From: Takakia lepidozioides
Taxonomy: Eukaryota > Plantae > Bryophyta
Assembly: GCA_030704615.1 (NCBI GenBank)
Contig: CM060733.1
Coordinates: forward strand, 17,174,001 to 17,238,000
DNA: 64,000 nucleotides
Direction: 5' to 3'
Shown here in pieces: positions 59,895 through 64,000 of the stretch; the stretch's first letter is position 1; each line of letters begins with the position of its first letter. Made by a program: the position numbers and the translations under genes. The notes beneath the pieces are model-generated. The model ran no database searches. It was not told where the DNA came from and saw only the letters and a program-made list of their open reading frames with translations.

Positions 59895-61244
59895 ACTCAC
59901 GGCTATGATTCCACATAGTTCCTTCCGAAGTGACTCTCATTGATGCAACTTAGCTTTAGAAAAGTATGATCTTCAGACCATGATTCTCGTTCATATATTC
60001 ATAGCCACCAGAATATAATGCCCCATTGACTCTGTGCATTGGCCATTATGGTAGTCACATAGCTGGCTACTATGTTGCAGGGTTGACAACTTGGGGTGGT
60101 GCATAGGGTTGCGAAGCGATTATTGTTACAGCAATTTCCACCAAGATTCAATTTCCACCAAGATTCACGAAATAAGAAATTACTGTCGCGCAGTCTAGCT
60201 GCAGTCAACGGACTAGCTTCAGAAGTTTCACAGATAGGCTGAAACTGTGCTAATCCTGATACAACCACCACCCGCGCACAAACGTAGAGGCGATATTTCA
60301 GCTGTGAAGATGTCATAGACAAGAAAGTTGGTGGGATAGGTGTGATGTGGTTTCAACCAAGACTGAATAACCTTAGACATCGGGGCCAAATCTTTGACTC
60401 TTTTCTCATGGCTAGAACAAGGAATCACCCAATTTTGTGATTTGTAAAACATATTAATATCGTTAAGCAGTTTAGGTGCCTACACGACAAACAAACAAAT
60501 CATGACTCATTTTAGTAAGCGACATATATCCAAATCAACATCCAGTATGAGATGGGTAGAAGACTCATCGTGACAAAGGACCTAATTTCATGCCAATTGA
60601 AATTGGCGCAGCCATAACAAGACTTGCAAAAGTAGTAGAAATGAGGTAGAAATATGGAATATATGTGTGGAGGGGATTCAAACCACTAGCCACAAGAAAC
60701 AACAAATAGACACCAAAATTGATCAAAGCAACTCCCGGTAGTGCCATGGTCGTTGTCATCAAGAACTTTGAATAAATGCACCTGCAAGAAAATGTGGGCA
60801 TGTTATCAACTCGAATATTGTAGACATGCTGACAAGATGCTGACATGCCGCTATATCAGCTAGAATCTCAGCTATACATAAACAAGACCTCCTGACAACT
60901 AACAAACGTTGTTGATAGTCACCATAAAATCTCACAAACCTCAAGGCATTGCCTACATACCGTCTCAACGCAAAGATATGCAAGTTGGGCTTGTGAGAGT
61001 AGAACGCTTAGTGCAAACATTAGAAAGGGAGTGAAGACTTGGATATGAGGTCTCGTGTAATGTATATATAACTTAACACTTCTTGCCTTATGTATGCCAT
61101 TCCACATGAGTCATACATTTGCATGGGCTTCCTTCTCTCGTTAACCCCTAAGCGCCCAGTGGGTAAGTTTCTTGCAAAAAATTACCTCCAAGGTGAAAAA
61201 TCAGAATAACTATCTGAATTTATTTTTTTTGGCCAAATTTGACG

Positions 61245-61650
61245 CAATTTTTGGGCCTCATTGTACTATATATATATATATATATATACTTCAAAGGTTG
61301 CCACCAACGGGGTGCCAAAGCCATTGCCAACAGCCACAACCACTGGCCACATCAGCAATGGATGGGCAGAAGCAGCAAAGAGAGCACTTTCACAACAAAA
61401 CTCAGCCTCTACAAGTCAATCAGGTCACATCCTGCAAAAAACCACCGTTGGTAGTGGGGCCCATTTTTGGGCCACTTTGTACCTTATATATATATACACT
61501 TCGAAGGTTGCCACCAACAGGGTGCCAAAGCCATAGCCAAGCCCTACCAACACACTGCCGACAGCCACCATAATTGGCCAAAGCAGCAATGGGATGAGCA
61601 GAAGCAGCAAAGAGAGCACTTTCACAACAAAACCCAGTACACAGAATCAC
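61245..61650 (-). pseudogene. Tandemly duplicated fragment of a plant membrane-protein gene (At3g27390/At4g37030-like family)
   Basis: VVKVLSLLLLLIPLLLWPIMVAVGSVLVGLGYGFGTLLVATFE at 61497-61635, with a decayed second copy at 61288-61405. Both abut (TA)n. Confidence 0.6.
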
Positions 61651-61680
61651 TTTGAGTCCCTCCAAATACACATTGATCAC

Positions 61681-64000
61681 TGATACTCATACTGCACACC
61701 CTCTAAGTTGCGTGCAGTCTTTTTATACTATGTTCGAAAGAGCCGTTACAGTCTGCGGTCGTTAATGACCGTTTGCCTAACTGCCTACGCAACCTAAAAG
61801 GTTTGCTAAAAAATGGCTCGTTGTAGTGGTCGTGAGCCATAGTGGTAAACGGTCCACTACTCCCTCTATGGTTAAAGCCGATGTTATCGTAACTGTGTGA
61901 TATCGTGGTTCACAGCTCACGGTTACTACACTACCCCTTACTGCTCTCGTGGTAATGTATCATTGTCCCGCCATTGGCTAAGTACCGCGTACTTAGCCGT
62001 CTCTGCCTGTGGCTCAGGTAGTGTACGTCCATCACTACCCAGTATGTCCCGTTGCGACCCTCGTTGTCTGTCCCTCGTAGCATAGCCGTTATCATTTATT
62101 CCCCACCCCTCTTTTGAAATTGTGTCCGCACAATTTCGTCAGTTCCTGTACTTGTTGTATCTCTTGGGGATGTAAGGTGGTGGCATGCCTGTCTGCGAGG
62201 TAGGAAGTGCGTCCCAGGACTGTTGAGTTTCTTCATCTCCAATTCACGCCCTTCATTCAACCAGGCTCTGGCTAAGGCTGCGTCTGCTGCATCCAACCCT
62301 GCTTGCAATGTCAGCTTCTCCAGCTGTTGCTTCCATTCTTGTTCATTGCCTATGGCAATGTCTCTTTTTGTGGTGGCGGTAAACAGCCTGCTCTCAGCAT
62401 TCTCCCTTTGCTTCAGCAGTGCAGTGTTGTTGTTGAGCCACTTGGTTCCCTGATCTCTGGCAGTCCTCAACTGCCCTTTGAGTGTCTCCACCTGCTGCTT
62501 TAATGTTTGCACCTGCCCTGTGAGTGTTTCCACCCCTGTCTCTGTTTTCCGAGATCTCTCTCGCTCTGCATCGAGGTCGGCTTGGACATGGTGTGTTTCG
62601 TCTCTCTGTCTTTCTCACTTTTGCTCCCACTCATCTCTGCGTTGTGCCAATGTGTTGTATTGGCGGAGTAAGGTTGACTTTTGATCTTCTAATGCTGCAA
62701 TTGTAACCTCATGGTTACATACTGTTCTTGCAGTGGCCAATTCCCTCTGGTGCTTCTCTTTGATGTGGTCTAAGATCATGTTCAGGTTTTCCGAGCTGAT
62801 GTAATCATTGGCCCTGTCCATACAAACTGTCAGTTGCCCCAATGCTTGTATTGCCTGCAGAATGACATTTTGTGGTGCTTCTTCTAACCCTGTGTCCCAT
62901 GCTGTTGTATCTAAAACTTGTTGTGCTAGTAGTAATTTATGGATAACCTCCACTTTCTTTGGATCTACCAGAATTCCTTGTTGGCACACAATGTGTCCCA
63001 ATAATAATCCTGAATTCACACAGAATGTACATTTTTCCGGGTTGAGACTTACTCCATTGTTTTTGCAGGCTTGTAGGCAAAGTTTTAACTGTGCCAAATG
63101 TTTGGATTTCTGTCCAAAGACACTGAAATCATCCAAAAATACCTGCATAAAATCATTGAGATAGTTCTTGAATATCTCAGATACTGCTCGTTGAAATGTG
63201 GCTGGTGCATTGCAAAGTCCAAATGGCATGACTCTGTAAGCATATGCTCCCCATTCAGTGATGAATGCGGTCTTTTCTCGGTCTTCTTCTGCCATCTGTA
63301 CCTGGTTGTACCCACTAAACCCATCCATGAATGAGTACATTTCATGTCCAGCCGCTGTGTCCAATACTATTTCAGTGAAAGGTAGTGGAAAAGGGTCTTT
63401 CTTGGTTCCTGCGTTTAACTTGCGGTAGTCTACACACACTCGTAGTTTTCCATTTTTCTTGGGTACTATCACAATGGGCGATAACCATTGTGGAGTCTCT
63501 ACTGGGTATATGAATCCTGCATCCAATAACTTCTTGATTTCTTCCCAAACTTTAGCTGCATAGTTGGGGTTCATTCTGTAACGGTTCTGACGAATTGGTT
63601 TTGTGTCAACTTCCAATTCAATTCGGTGCTGACAGATGTTAGAAGGTATCCCCTTCAAATCCTTGTAGTTCCAGGCAAATACATCCTTGTATTCAGTGAA
63701 TAATGCAGTGGCTTCTTGTAGAAATGATTCTTCGAGACCTGCACTTACTCGTATTATGTGTGGTTCTTCAACTGTTCCCAGATTCACTTGAATCAATTGA
63801 GTTTCTTCCGTTACTGTCCATCCTGCAATCTCTTGTCCGATGGTTGCAATTGTGGCAAGTACTTCACTGATTTGAATGTCTTCTTCCCTTTCTTGATAGA
63901 ACCGGGCCGGGTGTTGAGGTGTGTCTATCGCTTCTTCCTCTGGATCTTCATTTCTCGAAGTATTTGGTTCTCCTTGGGTGTTTACCATGTGACATCCTAC
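61681..64000 (-). mobile_element. Second non-chromoviral gypsy element, internally deleted: RT fused to the coiled-coil extra ORF, PPT and 3' LTR (62094 to about 61681); continues beyond the window
   Basis: ORF 62615-63988 has an RT similar to that at 11007 (DGFSGYNQ, FLDD) and switches after DPKKVEVIHKL to coiled coil. PPT AAAAGAGGGGTGGGG at about 62101-62115, LTR starts TGATAA. Confidence 0.88.

Overview
Repeat-rich nuclear DNA from a land plant, most likely a non-seed plant; a hornwort or other bryophyte is my inference from the PPR architecture and TE types. Two host genes look intact. The first is a minus-strand PLS-E1-E2-DYW (PG-type) PPR RNA-editing factor. Its spliced N-terminus carries two OSB/PTAC9-type 'PDF' ssDNA-binding motifs, and its first intron appears to hold a 12-kb head-to-tail array of (CT)n-targeting RTEX-like LINEs. 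The second is a 9-exon PARL/RBL12-like rhomboid protease on the plus strand. Gene relics include the 3' exons of NdhU/CRRL, a pseudogenised secreted Gly/Pro-repeat protein, scattered PDF-motif exons, a beta-class amino-DNA-methyltransferase relic and a duplicated membrane-protein fragment. Mobile elements include a full-length chromovirus with a 5-bp TSD and triplicated U3, two non-chromoviral gypsy elements with an extra ORF, and a SWIM-finger element with long inverted ends. There are also an RLE-endonuclease LINE fragment with a (TA)n tail, a hAT-like end and a non-autonomous TIR element. A local segmental duplication shows reciprocal loss of NdhU and the PPR gene. All homology calls come from motif recognition by eye; no searches were run.
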